Shown: positions 50,935 through 64,000 of the stretch, piece after piece | Numbering within the stretch: the stretch's first letter is position 1 | Layout: the number at the start of each line of letters is the position of its first letter | Assembly (NCBI GenBank): GCA_040437565.1 | Contig: JBDOQK010000074.1 | Location: forward strand, 62,001-126,000 | Direction: 5' to 3' | DNA: 64,000 bases | Source of the DNA: Albugo candida | Lineage: Eukaryota | Program-made: the position numbers and the translations under genes | The notes under the pieces: generated by a model | Told to the model about the DNA's origin: nothing | The model's database searches: none | The model's input: only the letters and a program-made list of their open reading frames with translations

Positions 50935-53900
50935 TGTTGAAAAATGATATATATTCGCTTAGTTCGAGACACAGCGGGAATCCAGTCTAGCGGTATAATC
51001 ACGGCTTGGATGGTACGTCAGGGATAGAAACGATACATACCATGTTAGGCCACGTGAAGAGAAAGTTCTAGCAGATATATGAGAATAGTATACCGACTTC
51101 AGCAATTGCCACCAATCAAATAGCATACCTTTCTCTTGGTAAAGCGACAGATTATGATCCCAAGCCCCATAGAGCAAGGTGCTCTAAATCACTTCCAAGC
51201 GCCGCGCATGTCCCAAGCCGACAATGACGGATCTATTACAGGACCCGGCGCGAGCGAGGCTGTTATCGGGCTGCTGGAATCGATGACGGAGATGTAGGTG
51301 GACATCAGAGCTCGCCTTGACAGGCTAGAAGCTCGAAGGGTAGAGGATGACCAAGCTTCGGTTGTATCTGCAGATAGCGGCACCTTTCGCACTTACGTGG
51401 AGGCACGCATTGGACTCAGCCGTAGCATGACGCTGGTCTCGAAGCCACGATAAATCCAGCGCAACAGCATGAAGCAGGACATAAGCAACAAAGAGCAGCT
51501 GGAGCGGGAGTGGGACTAGAAATGCGCGCACAGAAACCAAAAGAACCCGCGTTCAGACAGACACAAACGCCGGCGTGCTTCGCATCGTCAATTGTACCAC
51601 GAATCAGTGATTTTAAAGTTGTCAATTGAGAGCTTCGAAGGAAAGGAAGTGTACTCTGGGCTCGGTGGTGATTCGGTCTTTGGAGAAAGAGATTTCTTCG
51701 CAAGGTTAGAATCACTTAAGAGCTCATTGGGTGCTTATGGTCTAAAGGCATTAAGCTGGACGTTCTTGGAAGGTACTTGACTGGCAAACTTGGCTAACAC
51801 TTCCACATCCAGATGGATAACGGATAAATATAGAGCTTGGCCCCAAGTTCTCAACATCCTAGGCATTCAATCTGTCAACCATGGAGAAGAAAAAAAGATT
51901 CAGTTCCATAAAACCATCACATGATAATATGATGTTTATGATGGCTATGAAGGATGCTGTTGGTGATGCATCATATCAGGTGCTCGAAAATATTGCTAAA
52001 TATGCCTTCTCGTCAAGTTCATACCAAGGAGTTCTACTAGCGCGTGAAAATCCGCAGCGAGACGATCTTCTGAGACAAGCAGAGGAGTTGGTGCACTTTG
52101 CCAAGGTGAATGATCCTACACCTATCTTTGGATGCAAGAGAGCCTTATATGCTGTCAAGAGAAATGGAGATGGTGGACCTAGACACAAAGCACGGCGCGA
52201 GGGCAAGAAGCCAGGTGCTTGCTTCCAATATGGGAAGGAAGGGCACTACAAGCGCGATTGCCCAAGCAAGGAGCAGAGGATTTTCACTCTGGCCGTCGCA
52301 GATGGTATGGACTCCACATCGCATTGATTTTCGACAGTGGGTCGAGTTGTCACTTAGTGACACAGCTTCAAAAAGTCGAAGAGTGCGATGAAGAGTGCAT
52401 GCCCTCGAACTGAGATAGCATCCGGATGCAACTTAAAAGAAGCGATAACTTCATGGCTTGCGTTGACGGTGAACTTCACCAAGTCAGGCTACGTGAAGTA
52501 TATTATGCAGACAGCCTCCATGGGAATATCATTTCGTATGGAAATATTGAGGAGATTGGGTACGAGCTATCCTAGAACGGACATAAACGTTACGTTTTCT
52601 GTCGCAGTGATGGATGCAAACGTTTTCGTGTGGACAAGTGTACGAGAAATGTATTCGTGGTGAAAGTTGTCGAGACTGATTTGTAGCAAGACAACGATTG
52701 CGTTACCATGGCTCTCAGTGAAACATTGCTTCAGCCGGACTCATATATACAATCAGGCAGTATGCTGGATTTCCACTCACGCTTCACTCATCTGTCGTAT
52801 TACACATTCAAGCGCACGGCAGGTGACCCAGAGAATCGAATCCGTCTTACGACCAAAGAAAGAACGACGTGTCTTACATGTGATCATGATAAACAAAGAC
52901 ACAGTCATATGGACACGGAATTGAACGCGCCCATTATCAGACTTGGCGGTGTCATATGCAGTGACATCAAGGTACCAATCACGCCGACCGATAGACTTGG
53001 AAACCGGTACATGATTAATTCATTGACCACAAGATTAATTACTGCCACGTTTTCCTCGCCAAGACAAATGACAAGGCAACGAAGCAGCTTGAGCAGTTTC
53101 TCGTCTACTTTGAGAAGCGATTTGAATCCGCGATCCACTGCCTACGCATAGATGGGAAGTGTATACAAGGCGGCCGATTTGTTTTGCAAGAATAAGGGTG
53201 TTTGTCGACAGCTATCGGAGTCCGATAATCAGGAATCCAACGGAAAGGCGGAGCACATGCACTAAACGATAGTGAATATGGTACGCTCCATGACTTTTGG
53301 GCCTGGCTTACCTCTGAGTTTATGGGGCGATGCGGCAGAATAATCAGCGTACATTATCATTTTCAGCCCANNNNNNNNNNNNNNNNNNNNNNNNNNNNNN
53401 NNNNNNNNNNNNNNNNNNNNNNNNNNNNNNNNNNNNNNNNNNNNNNNNNNNNNNNNNNNNNNNNNNNNNNAGGTGGGAAAAAGAACCCACCGCGTGAGAT
53501 ATTCAGGGCGGTTTACCACACACTGATCAAATGCCCCACTTCACACGAAATGGTTCTTTGAAGCGAAAACAAATGTGGATGGTGATGTGGAACGCTACAA
53601 GGCACGCATAGTAGTGTGCGGTAAGGGTCCGTACCCAGTTCAATCGGTTAACCACTTGAGCGCACGGACCCCCTGCCGGAGGTCGTTAGTTCGATCCCAG
53701 GCAGTGTGGGCAGCGGTTTGAGCCCACCCAAGCAATAAGCTTGGAAATTAACTGCCTCCCTAGGTTTGAAGTCAGACTTAAGTGATATTCACACGGTCAG
53801 GGGCTCATGATAGGATAAGGAAGGTAGTTGAAGAACCAGATAAACAGTGTAATGAAATCCTTGANNNNNNNNNNNNNNNNNNNNNNNNNNNNNNNNNNNN

Positions 53901-54510
53901 NNNNNNNNNNNNNNNNNNNNNNNNNNNNNNNNNNNNNNNNNNNNNNNNNNNNNNNNNNNNNNNNGCCCACCCAAGCAATAAGCTTGGAAATTAACTGCCT
54001 CCCTAGGTTTGAAGTCAGACTTAAGTGATATTCACACGGTCAGGGGCTCATGATAGGATAAGGAAGGTAGTTGAAGAACCAGATAAACAGTGTAATGAAA
54101 TCCTTGACAAAGTAGTGTGCGGTAATGAAAAGGCGTGTGGAGATAACTGTACGATGACATTTGCCGCTGTCGTGGATATGATCACAAGGAATGTAATTTT
54201 GCCGTTATAGGAGATTCATGGCGTTACAGCGATACATAGAGATGTGTGAAATGCATATATCAAGGCGCCTACGGAGCCGGATATCGACATATATTCATAT
54301 GTCCCATAGGTTATGATTGTGGAAAAAGAGGAGCTTCAGAGACTCGTTCTTCAGCAAGTTGGAGAGGTGGTTCTACAGCTTCGGCGTAGTCCCTATGGGC
54401 TAAAGCAAGCAGGACGGCTTTGAGCAAAAGTATTGATACAGAATTATTGCACTCGGGTTTTGCGCAATGTGTCACGGAAACATGTCTCTACTACAAAGCT
54501 GACGGATGCA
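50935..54510 (+). mobile_element. Ty1/copia retrotransposon, 3'-truncated and pseudogenised
   Basis: Putative 5' LTR TG..CA at 50935-51149 followed by gattatgatccc. It has the zinc knuckle CFQYGKEGHYKRDC, protease FDSGSSCHL, integrase ICSDIK..SNGKAE, and RT ERYKARIV..YGLKQAGR. Confidence 0.85.
53625..54110 (+). mobile_element. tRNA-derived SINE (true length about 243 bp once the gap overlap is collapsed)
   Basis: A 15-bp TSD AGTAGTGTGCGGTAA lies at 53610-53624 and 54111-54125. The head is tRNA-like, with GAGGTC and the B box GTTCGATCC. Confidence 0.85.
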
Positions 54511-54716
54511 TGAATTTTCTGATCCTCATCCGTTATTTTATAAGAATACATTCCTTATGAAGCAAATTCGAAGATCGTGTTAAGATTGAGTAAAATGTGG
54601 GCTTGGTCGTTTATCTCTCGCTTCCAAACGCGTACTTTCCGTAGAATTTCCAGCACGCGTCAAAATTTACAGGCAGATTTGATGCCTCATAATACTTCAT
54701 GTCATCACCCTTATGC

Positions 54717-55221
54717 TCATCCTTTTTTTTCTGGGTCATAGAGATAAGGACTTGCCAATGCCTCTTGTGGTGAATTGATATTATCAAAGCCGTCTGGTAG
54801 TGTTACGTTCATGGGTGAAACAAGTCCACCGTAAGCACCTTCGTTAACAGGACAGCGATTTTGCAAAGCATCATTAGGGTCCTTAGTACCATTTACGTAA
54901 AATGCCAATACAAATTCTGACTCTTCACTATCTTGATAATACACCGGTGCTATTTCATTAGCCATCCCCGATCGCAATTTCCAAGCCATTCTATTACTTA
55001 TTCTATGCAGTTTTATGCAATCACCGCTCTCGAAATGATGATACGCTGTTGAAAGTGCGAGCATCGTGATACAATACGCTTTTCATCGATGCATCTTCAC
55101 TGGGTTGAAGGTTCGTCGACATTCGATTATAAGTAAGAACTCCTTGATGATTCAATGCGGAAGCTGCATTATCCACGCCGTTCCATTGTGAATTCCTAGA
55201 ACACTGGGACAACGTTTCCAA
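54717..55221 (-). pseudogene. Frameshifted fragment of an unknown gene between two copia elements
   Basis: Two overlapping protein-like ORFs (55021..55221 and 54717..55064) with no recognisable domain. Confidence 0.3.
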
Positions 55222-55428
55222 GCATCGGAACCGTACTTTGAGATTATGGAAGTAAACCTACAAAATGCACAGTACACTAGTCGTAACCTTTTTTCCTGCA
55301 TCTTTTTGTATCAGAGTTTTGGAAGGAAAGTGTGCTACACCTATGTTGGCCTAGTCAGTTATTCTTAGCTTTTTCATTTTTTGTCCAATAGATTTTATTG
55401 CTGACAATCCCGAGGATATCCTTAGATA

Positions 55429-55612
55429 TGTTGAAGCTGATGTCCCTGAACCACTGTGGAACACATCAGGCTAATCAATTTGCAGCTATTGAACAATAAA
55501 TTACTGTCTGTGGGCGTCTAGTACGAGAAGGCTTAGGCTAGCTAGTAAAGTGAACTAAGGACCTCCTACATTAAATATATCACCTTCAAAATTATATCTT
55601 AAGTGCTCAAAA
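55429..55612 (+). repeat. 5' LTR
   Basis: Direct repeat of 59969-60154, starting TGTTGA. Confidence 0.9.
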
Positions 55613-58600
55613 GGTTATGAGCCCAAGTACTCAGAACACGGTCGATGAACTTCTTGGTGATGACAATTACTTCAGATGGGAGTTCAATGCGCGTATGAAG
55701 ATGATGAAGAATGGTTTGCTGAATCATATTGAAAAGTCGGAGTCACTAAAGCGAAGATCCTGCAGCTTTGACAATCTGGAAAGTCAACGGCCTCAAAGCT
55801 TTCGCAATTATTTTAATGTTAATCAGCCCGAGCCTCCAAGCAATGGTCAGAGGCGCTTCTACAACCTCTCAGTTATCGGAGATTCTAAAGAATTTTTACC
55901 TTCGAAATAGTATGCAGAACAGAGTACGGAATCAGCGAAGACTTCATGAATTCAGAATGGGAAAGGGTCAGAATATTATGGAACATTTCATGAAATTTGA
56001 TGAATTATGCCTTTCGATGCAAGCTTGTGCGGATGTGATTAATATGGATGAGCAATTAGTAATATTGCTTCGGAGTCTCTCGGATGAGTACGATCAGATA
56101 ATCAAGATTATTGAAAATGTCCAAGCGATGGAGCTTTTTCAAGCAAAAAAAATGCAGCAGCGGGAGTATGAACTATTCGTGGAAAAAGAGACAGGAGAAA
56201 TTGCTCTAAAAGCAATGAAGAAGTCGGAAAAAATCGACGCAAGAAAATCTCTTCAAATGACTTACAAATTCGAAGGAAAATGTTATCACTCTGACAAAAT
56301 TGGACATAAGAATGCAGACTATTGGAAGAATGTAAAACACAAGAAGAAGTATAATGAAAAAGCATTCACAGTGTGTGAAGACATGGCGCAAGTTGGCTGC
56401 TCGGTAGTGAAGCAAGCAGCTCAATATGCCCATTGAAACAAAGAAGAGTTCAGTAAAATCCGACCACTCAAGAACGATATGTATGTCTCTAATGCCAATG
56501 GAAGCAAAGTTTTGGCAGGAGGCATTGGTACAGTTCCAGTTATTCTGAAAAACAAAACGCCAATTCGGATTGAAAATGTACTATATGTACCAGAACTGGA
56601 TCGCCGATTGCTATCTATCCCAGCATTAGCAGAAAAAGGACTAGATGTCTCTTTTGGAAGAGGAATATGTCAAATCAGAGAAAATGAACGAGTTGTAACT
56701 CAAGCCACAAAAAAGGGAAGGTTTATATGATGGAGTGTTTATAAATGAATTAGCACTTGTAAGAACATCCGGTAAAGAGATACATGATCAATAACTATCA
56801 AGTTTCAGTGTATGGCATGCTCGACTGGGACATTTACCTTCCAAGAAAATTGAATCTTTGTAGCACTGTGTTGATAGTTTCATGATAAAATCGATGTCAA
56901 AACGAGAAAGAGACGAATAAGTCATTTATGAAGGAGGTATCAATGGGAAATCTTTTGTGCACCCGTTCTCAAAGTCAGGCCATGGTCAAGTAAAAAGCAA
57001 GTCCGTTCTTCAACTAATACATAGTGACGTAGTGGGACCAATGGAAACGAAGTCTCAAGGTGGAGCAATATTTATGGTAACTTTTATTGATGATTATTCT
57101 AAATGTGTAGTGTCATCTTTCATTCCACACAAATCTGAAGTGATCTATCTGTTCCTCGATTTCAAAGCAATGATAAAAAACCAATTGAATTTAAAAATCA
57201 AGTGTATTCGAACCGACAATAGTGGCAAATTTATCAGCAATTTGCGAATATTTGCAATAGTGCCGGTATTATACACCAAACAACAATTCCGTACTCGCCA
57301 CAGCAAAATGGAATGGTTGAACGAATAAATCGGACCATTACGGAACGTGCGAATTTCATGATAAATCACATGCAAGTAGAGAAGAAGTGATGGACTGAAG
57401 CCACGAATACTGCAGTTTACATCACGAAACGAGCTGCGTGTGCCTCCTACCCAGACAAGACACCATACGATATGTGTTTTGGTAGCAAGCCAAGTCTGAC
57501 TTATTTACGGGTAAATGGTGCCCGAGGTTTTGCTTATATTAATAAATCAAGACGGATGAAGCTGGGTAGGAAGGCGATGAAATGTATGTTCCTTGGATGT
57601 TCGGACATTATGAAAGGATTCCGCGTATGTAATTTTGAGTCGCAGAAAATTGAGATTACTCTTTTAGCGCAATTTCAAGAATTAGCCGAGACAAAGTATA
57701 TTTAGGTTGTCATCAGAGATAAATCATCTGGAAAAAATCGAAGTGGTTGTCAGTGCGACTATGAAAGCGAAAAAGTACCGATTAGGAGAATTCCGCATGT
57801 CTAGAGCATGGATGTAGATCCGACTGAATAGTCAACAGATGCGAACGAAGATTTGACGAGGTATTCGAATCAGGAGCAGCAATCTTTGAATGCTTATCAG
57901 TCATCTCCCAACGTCGATGTGGATTACGCGGAAGACGATCTTAGCAGTATTCAGCCCATTGTTCCCAGGGGCAGACTGGTTAATTTGAACGTTACGTTAC
58001 CCGGTTCCTGGAAACCCTCCAATTGGACACGATGTCTCTCTAGCACTTCCCCCAAATCAATCATCGCAAGCATTAGTTCCAGTGGAACCGTCAACTTCAA
58101 TCCTTCTAGTAACAAATTCTGATACCATGACACGTCCAGCCAGAGATATCGCACCGAATACGAACAAGGGAATGCGGCAATGGATGCTCCATCATCCAAT
58201 CAAGAGAAACTGGAGTCACCTGAATCAGTGTTATGGTATATGACAATCCAGGACGAGCTTTTAGCACTGACAGAAAAGCAAACGTGGACAGATGTAACAA
58301 AGAAGCCAGACAAAAAGGCGATAAGAAGCAAATGGGTCTTTACAATCAAACGAAATGAACACGGTGAAGTTGAGCGGTTCAAGGCACGATTGGTTGCACT
58401 CGAATATCAACAAACTTACGGTGTTAACTACACAGATACGTACTCGCAATTTTAAACACAATTCGTATTTTCATGGCAATTTGCTGCCATCAAGGGCTTA
58501 ACATTCATCAGTATGATGCTGATACGGCCTTTCTTAACGGTTATCCGGGGGAAGATGTGTTTACCTTTCTAACTCAAGGTGTTGAAAGCAAGCCAAACTA

Positions 58601-59968
58601 AATTTCAAGCTCAATCGAAGTCTATATGGACTTCAACAAGCAGCTGTGACTTGTTTCAAGACGATATCAACTATATTTGCTCAGATGGGGCTTACTCTCA
58701 GACTCATTTATGTTTGTGCGCAAAGATTCCAAGTCATGGTGTTATGTCATATTATATGTCTATAACATGCTGACCGGAGCCAAAACCATCGACTAGATCA
58801 AGAAAGTTGAAAACGAACTTTCGAGTCACTTCAGTCTAAAGGTTCTAGGAAAGGTGCGATTGATCCTTGGTATTGAAGTGGAATACAAACAAGAGTTGCG
58901 ACAAATGAAGATCAGTCAAGGAGCTTGCATGTGGAGAATGGTCGAAAATTTAACCAAGTCAACGCGAAACCAGTGTATAATCCAAATGTTCTAGGGCTTC
59001 TTTTAACGACATCGGAAGAAAAAGATTTGAGAATGAAAAAGCGCCCATATCGCTCACTTGTCGACTCTCATCTGTACGTTGCAACGGTCACAAGACCAGA
59101 TATTTTCATGGTTTGCCTGCTCAGTCGACACCTGGAGCAACCAAGTGAACAACACTAGAATGCAGCAATCCGTGTTTTGCGATACTTGAAGGCGACTGCA
59201 ACGAAACGCATATGTTATGAGGCTAATCCAGAAAATATCGAAGTCAGTGCCTACAGTGATCCGGATTGGGCAAACGAATAGGAGACAAGAAGATCAACTT
59301 TCGGTATAATGGTGATGATAAACAACTCTCCAGTGATATTNNNNNNNNNNNNNNNNNNNNNNNNNNNNNNNNNNNNNNNNNNNNNNNNNNNNNNNNNNNN
59401 NNNNNNNNNNNNNNNNNNNNNNNNNNNNNNNNNNNNNNNNCGACTGCAACGAAACGCATATGTTATGAGGCTAATCCAGAAAATATCGAAGTCAGTGCCT
59501 ACAGTGATCCGGATTGGGCAAACGAATAGGAGACAAGAAGATCAACTTTCGGTATAATGGTGATGATAAACAACTCTCCAGTGATATTCAAGTCAAAACT
59601 GCAGCCGAGTGTGGCTCTCAGCACAGCCGAAGCTGAGTACATTGCTATCTCGTTATGCATACAGGAAGTCATGTGGTCCAAAAGTTGCTTATCAGAATTA
59701 AAGGTGAGGATCGATGATTCAGTGGTTATTCATGAAGACAACCAAATTGAAATTGAAATTGCCAAAAAGGATGGATACCAAAGTCGAGCAAAGCATATCG
59801 ACATACGGTACCATTTTTTCCGTGAGCAAATAAAGGACAAAAAGATCAGCCCCCATACATTGACACCAAGTTTCAGCTTGCTGATTTTCTGACCAAGTCA
59901 GTGTCGACGGAGAAATTTGAGCAACTTCTCATCAAGTCCAACATCAAGAATTTATCTTTCAGGGGGAG

Positions 59969-60154
59969 TTTTGAAGCTGATGTCCCTGAACCAGTGTGGA
60001 ACAAATCAGGCTAATCAATTTGCAGCTATTGGACAATAAATTAGTGGATGGGGGCGTCTAGTAGGAGGAGGCGTAGACTAGCTTGTGTAGTGAACCAAGG
60101 ACCTCTTACATTTAATATATCTTACTTTCCAAATTCTGTCACAAGTGCTAAGAA
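59969..60154 (+). repeat. 3' LTR
   Basis: Follows the polypurine tract and is followed by TSD AGATA. Confidence 0.9.
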
Positions 60155-62655
60155 AGATAATCCAGCCGATTTAATGTGCGACACCTAAACTCGCACCAAT
60201 ATGGCCAACTCATAGAAAATTTCGAGAATAGAATACGTATCAGCTGCAAATAAAATAGATGGAACACTTTTTTTGAGGACGTGGAAAGAAACTTACAACA
60301 TTCTACAGCTGATAGAAAATGCAATCATCTGCCTTACGTAGCCATGACGCGAATTCTATGAATTGTAAAAATACTTTATGCTAATGATTAATTTACGGTA
60401 AGGTTGCACATCTTGTAAGTAAATTGGTAGCGTTTCCGAATAATCGGAAGCGGACTTTGAGTGTGTGAATGCTTAGGCTTGAACAGCTTCCTGAAGCCGT
60501 GAACTGGGAAAACAACTTCTTTTAATGTAATCACGTTCTAGAATATCGGGTCTGATATCGCTCTGTCAAAAATGAGAGGAAAGAAGTTCTATCGTGGTTA
60601 TGGCAAAGTCCGAAGTGCGTATATATTTTTGTTTTTCTCTGTTCTCTTCACCTCGTCTTCATTTACTTTAACCGGTTCTGTGCCGTTTCTGTCACTGACA
60701 TATGTTCGCACCGGAATCAAATCCATCGATTGTCTTAGTAAGTAGATCGACTACACACTGCTTTTTACCGTACTCGAGTTGATGAAGCCATCACCAGCGC
60801 GATCCGTGCTTCGATTGTGATCTTTCTTGCATCGATCGCGGTCAACAGCAATTGTCCCTTAGATAGATCGTTTGTTCTACACTCAAGTTCATTAGTGTTT
60901 CCTACTTCGGTATAGTTTTAGCAAACACTTTAAGGTTCTTTGTAAGCTTTGAGCAAACGTATGCTTCTCATTTGTTTTCTGCCGTAAATAAGAGATTCAA
61001 TGAAAAGTAAATCTTGAGATCTACTCAAAANNNNNNNNNNNNNNNNNNNNNNNNNNNNNNNNNNNNNNNNNNNNNNNNNNNNNNNNNNNNNNNNNNNNNN
61101 NNNNNNNNNNNNNNNNNNNNNNNNNNNNNNTTTCTTGCATCGATCGCGGTCAACAGCAATTGTCCCTTAGATAGATCGTTTGTTCTACACTCAAGTTCAT
61201 TAGTGTTTCCTACTTCGGTATAGTTTTAGCAAACACTTTAAGGTTCTTTGTAAGCTTTGAGCAAACGTATGCTTCTCATTTGTTTTCTGCCGTAAATAAG
61301 AGATTCAATGAAAAGTAAATCTTGAGATCTACTCAAAACTCTACTGAATTGCCTTAAGTCTGAGAGTAGCTTATCTATAATACACCATGATCGTTTTTTT
61401 TTTCAATTCTTATACGTTTTCCTCCGTCAGTGTATACAGTCCAAACTACTGTGTTGAGTTTCCTGATGAAGGAATAAAATGGAAGATTGTATATTTTGCA
61501 AGCCACTATGTCAGAAAAATAGTCGTTTCTAGACTACTTATAGTCTAGTGGCACAAGTCTCTTCTAAAACGTTTATATTGCCTATGCTGGGATTTTAGCA
61601 AGATTGAATTATTGAATTGCGGTTTTAAATCAAATAGAACAAGAGGTGCTGCTACCTATTTGTGAAGTTGGCAAGTCCTCCTTATCGGTTGAACATCATT
61701 AGCCTGCCTTTGACCTGGACACATTGTATCGAAAGATTTACTTTTACTTGGAAGCCTCCTTCTCTTGATATGTGTACAAGTGCGTACTCAATGTTACTGA
61801 TAACGTCACATTGACAAATATTCGAGCTTTGAAGACGATGAGATACGTATGTCCCACTTGCAAACTTTTAACAAATGGAATGAGACGGAAGTTTTGAGTG
61901 CAAAAGTCACATAAAGAGTGTAACATCGACTCCCGCCTCCGTGTCGAAATACTACCGGAACGTTTGCAGGCTTTGTGAGACTCGGTATGAATCATCAAGC
62001 CGCTACTGAAGTCAAATGCTCAAAACGACTTTATTTGTACAGTGTATCTTGAAGATGGTGATTTGACTTTCTATATAATTGTTGGAGACGGTCAAGAGCG
62101 CGCACGGACAGATTCCAGTAGTCACTGTGCACTGTGAATAGATCTTGGAAACGTACAGGTTGCAAACGGAAAGCGACCGCTACGCAACGAATATAAAAAA
62201 ATAGACGACTCACTGGCTACAAAACCTTCGTATCTGGACAGGACTCAAGTCCCGACGATCGAGCTCTTTGCAAATAACTAAACGGATTATAAATGCGCTT
62301 TATCAAATGATAAAGCTTTCTACGACACGTGGCATTTTCATATGGTATTAACGAACTATGAATTTTTCGAAACGCTTCAGCCGAATAATTCTCGCTAGTC
62401 GCTATCTCCTACGATCGACGGGATATGAGATCGGAAGCCTTTGATAGTACTGAAAGACAGCATGATGAGCTATCTAAACTCTGTCTCTGTGATAGAAAAT
62501 GGAGCTCAAAGAACGACACAGGCGTTGCGCAGTATCGAGATCCTATAATTCATTGCGTTTAAGAACACACAAATCACCCAGGCAACCGAAAAATAGGTTC
62601 TGGATATTTGCGAGGAGCAACTAAATCCTAATAATATGGAAACTTGTGGTTAAAG

Positions 62656-64000
62656 AGTTGAACCCTAGTTATTATGTTCATCAGTTTGTAGTTAGATGGA
62701 AATATTAGAACTAAATGTATTTGTTCTTATGTTCCTATCTAACTTATGTGTAGCTTTCGATAAAATTCTCCGCACATTCCAATGGAAGCGGTTTTCCAAA
62801 TCAAAAGTTGCGCTCTTTCAACACTCCTTCCCTTGTGGTCGAACTAACCCGTGAGCATGAAAAGTCTGCAGAAATCGCTGAGTCGGGTCGCCGGGAGGGT
62901 CCTGGTCGGATGTCCTCCGGCATTTTCTTGGAATCGCAGAACTGCACCTTCAGCAATTTCATTTTCTCCAGATCGTTGACAACTTGTATCGCACAGCGCT
63001 GTTCTTAGCTAGATCGAACGCGTCTTCGCCCTCGATCTTGCTGATAGCTGCTTGGTTATCCACTTGTAAAAGCGAGCATGAATTATTTGGCACGTCAATT
63101 TCCTCTAACATTTCAATAATTCCCATTATTACAGCAGCTTCTCGCGAAGCCGCCAAAAGATCGGACTCCACCGTGAACAGTGCGACACACTTCTGTTTCT
63201 TGCATAGCCACCCCAAGAACATGCGCTCCACCATTAAAAGACCCCCTCTGACCGATTTCCGATCAGTTTCTTCTTCAGCGCAGTCGGCATCACTGAACAT
63301 CTCAGCCAGCACCCCGTCGTCTTTCATTGCAACCTTGACTCTCCACCATAAATTTGAGTTCTTTTTTGGCCGTAAGATACTTGGCTATCATCTGTGCCAG
63401 AAGCCGATCCTCTTTACATGGCGCTTGTGAACGTCGAGTGGCTCGGTTCACTGCAAATACTATGTCTGGTCGTTTGCACCGAGCCAATGTATTAAAATGC
63501 CCACCAGCAGCTGAAATCACTGCACAGTCCTTTTTTTTTGCAAGCCTCTTCCATTGTCGACAGCAGCGCAATTTCTTCTTCTCCATATTATCCACCGACT
63601 GAAACTCTTCTCGGAGTCGATTTGGCCAGCCCGAAATTGTCGAGCATCTGCTCGATAATATTTTCCTGGTCGACTGCTCGCCCGGTCTCTTTATTGTGAT
63701 CAGACGCAATACCAAGAAATTTGGTGACTACGCTTAGATCCTTCAGCTCAACAACTTGCATGCAGCTTAGAAATTACCAATCTTCTTTACGGTGGTTCCC
63801 GTCGCTAGCACGTCGTCCACGCAGATACCCACGAGCGTCCTACCATCAGTCTCGGTCTTGATGTGTACAAAAATGTATGTATAGCACTGACCGAAACCCA
63901 AAGACATTAAGATCTCGTGAAGCATCATATTCCACAGCCTTCCTAAATGTATGAGGCCGTACAAGTCTTCTTGAGTCTCAACGCGAGTGTCTTTTGTCCC
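62656..64000 (-). mobile_element. 3' part of a Ty1/copia element (RT, RNase H, polypurine tract, 3' LTR), running off the window
   Basis: RT motifs YGL..GRLWN and VDDVL, RNase H FSDADCA..DRKSV.G..VDNQAAI. Polypurine tract aagggaaggag is followed by TGTTGA at 62823 on the minus strand. The LTR far end is approximate. Confidence 0.85.

Larger units (their letters stand above)
55429..60154 (+). mobile_element. Full-length decayed Ty1/copia retrotransposon
   Basis: LTRs at 55429-55612 and 59969-60154, TSD AGATA on both sides, primer-binding site ggttatgagccc and polypurine tract agggggag. Coding remnants: gag (NYFRWEF), WHARLGH, integrase IHSDVVGP, RT KWVF..ERFKARLVA, and RNase H YSDPDWA..STAEAEY..EDNQ..KHIDIRYHF. 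Many stops and frameshifts. Confidence 0.95.

Noticed and set aside
53625..53710. Functional tRNA gene or HDV-like ribozyme
   Set aside because: The acceptor and T stems do not pair properly and the sequence lies within a TSD-flanked insert. The HDV P3/L3 and P1.1 elements are absent.

Overview
Eukaryotic draft-assembly scaffold with repeated 100-N gaps. It is most likely an oomycete, possibly Albugo-like; this is inferred from short GT-AG introns, Inr/FPR-like and CCAAT promoter motifs, TTTAGGG-type repeats and oomycete-style copia elements. Bases 0-24 kb are gene-rich: a large unknown helical protein, a 9-exon SpoU/MRM1-type rRNA methyltransferase, an MLF-like protein, a CE4/NodB deacetylase, an unknown protein and DPH7/WDR85 (artefactually doubled across a gap). 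Bases 27.7-41 kb are a nest of at least eight Mutator-like (MULE) elements, several inserted into each other's terminal inverted repeats (TIRs). Five TIR elements (four in the nest plus one at 44-48 kb) share a 21-bp-period repeat, and four of them carry a CCAAT box about 50-58 bp in. Next come a GNAT acetyltransferase and a non-autonomous TIR element carrying a Tc1/mariner-type transposon with telomere-like repeats. The rest holds a solo LTR, a truncated copia interrupted by a tRNA-derived SINE with a 15-bp target-site duplication (TSD), a full-length decayed copia and the 3' end of another copia. All calls were made by eye without database searches.
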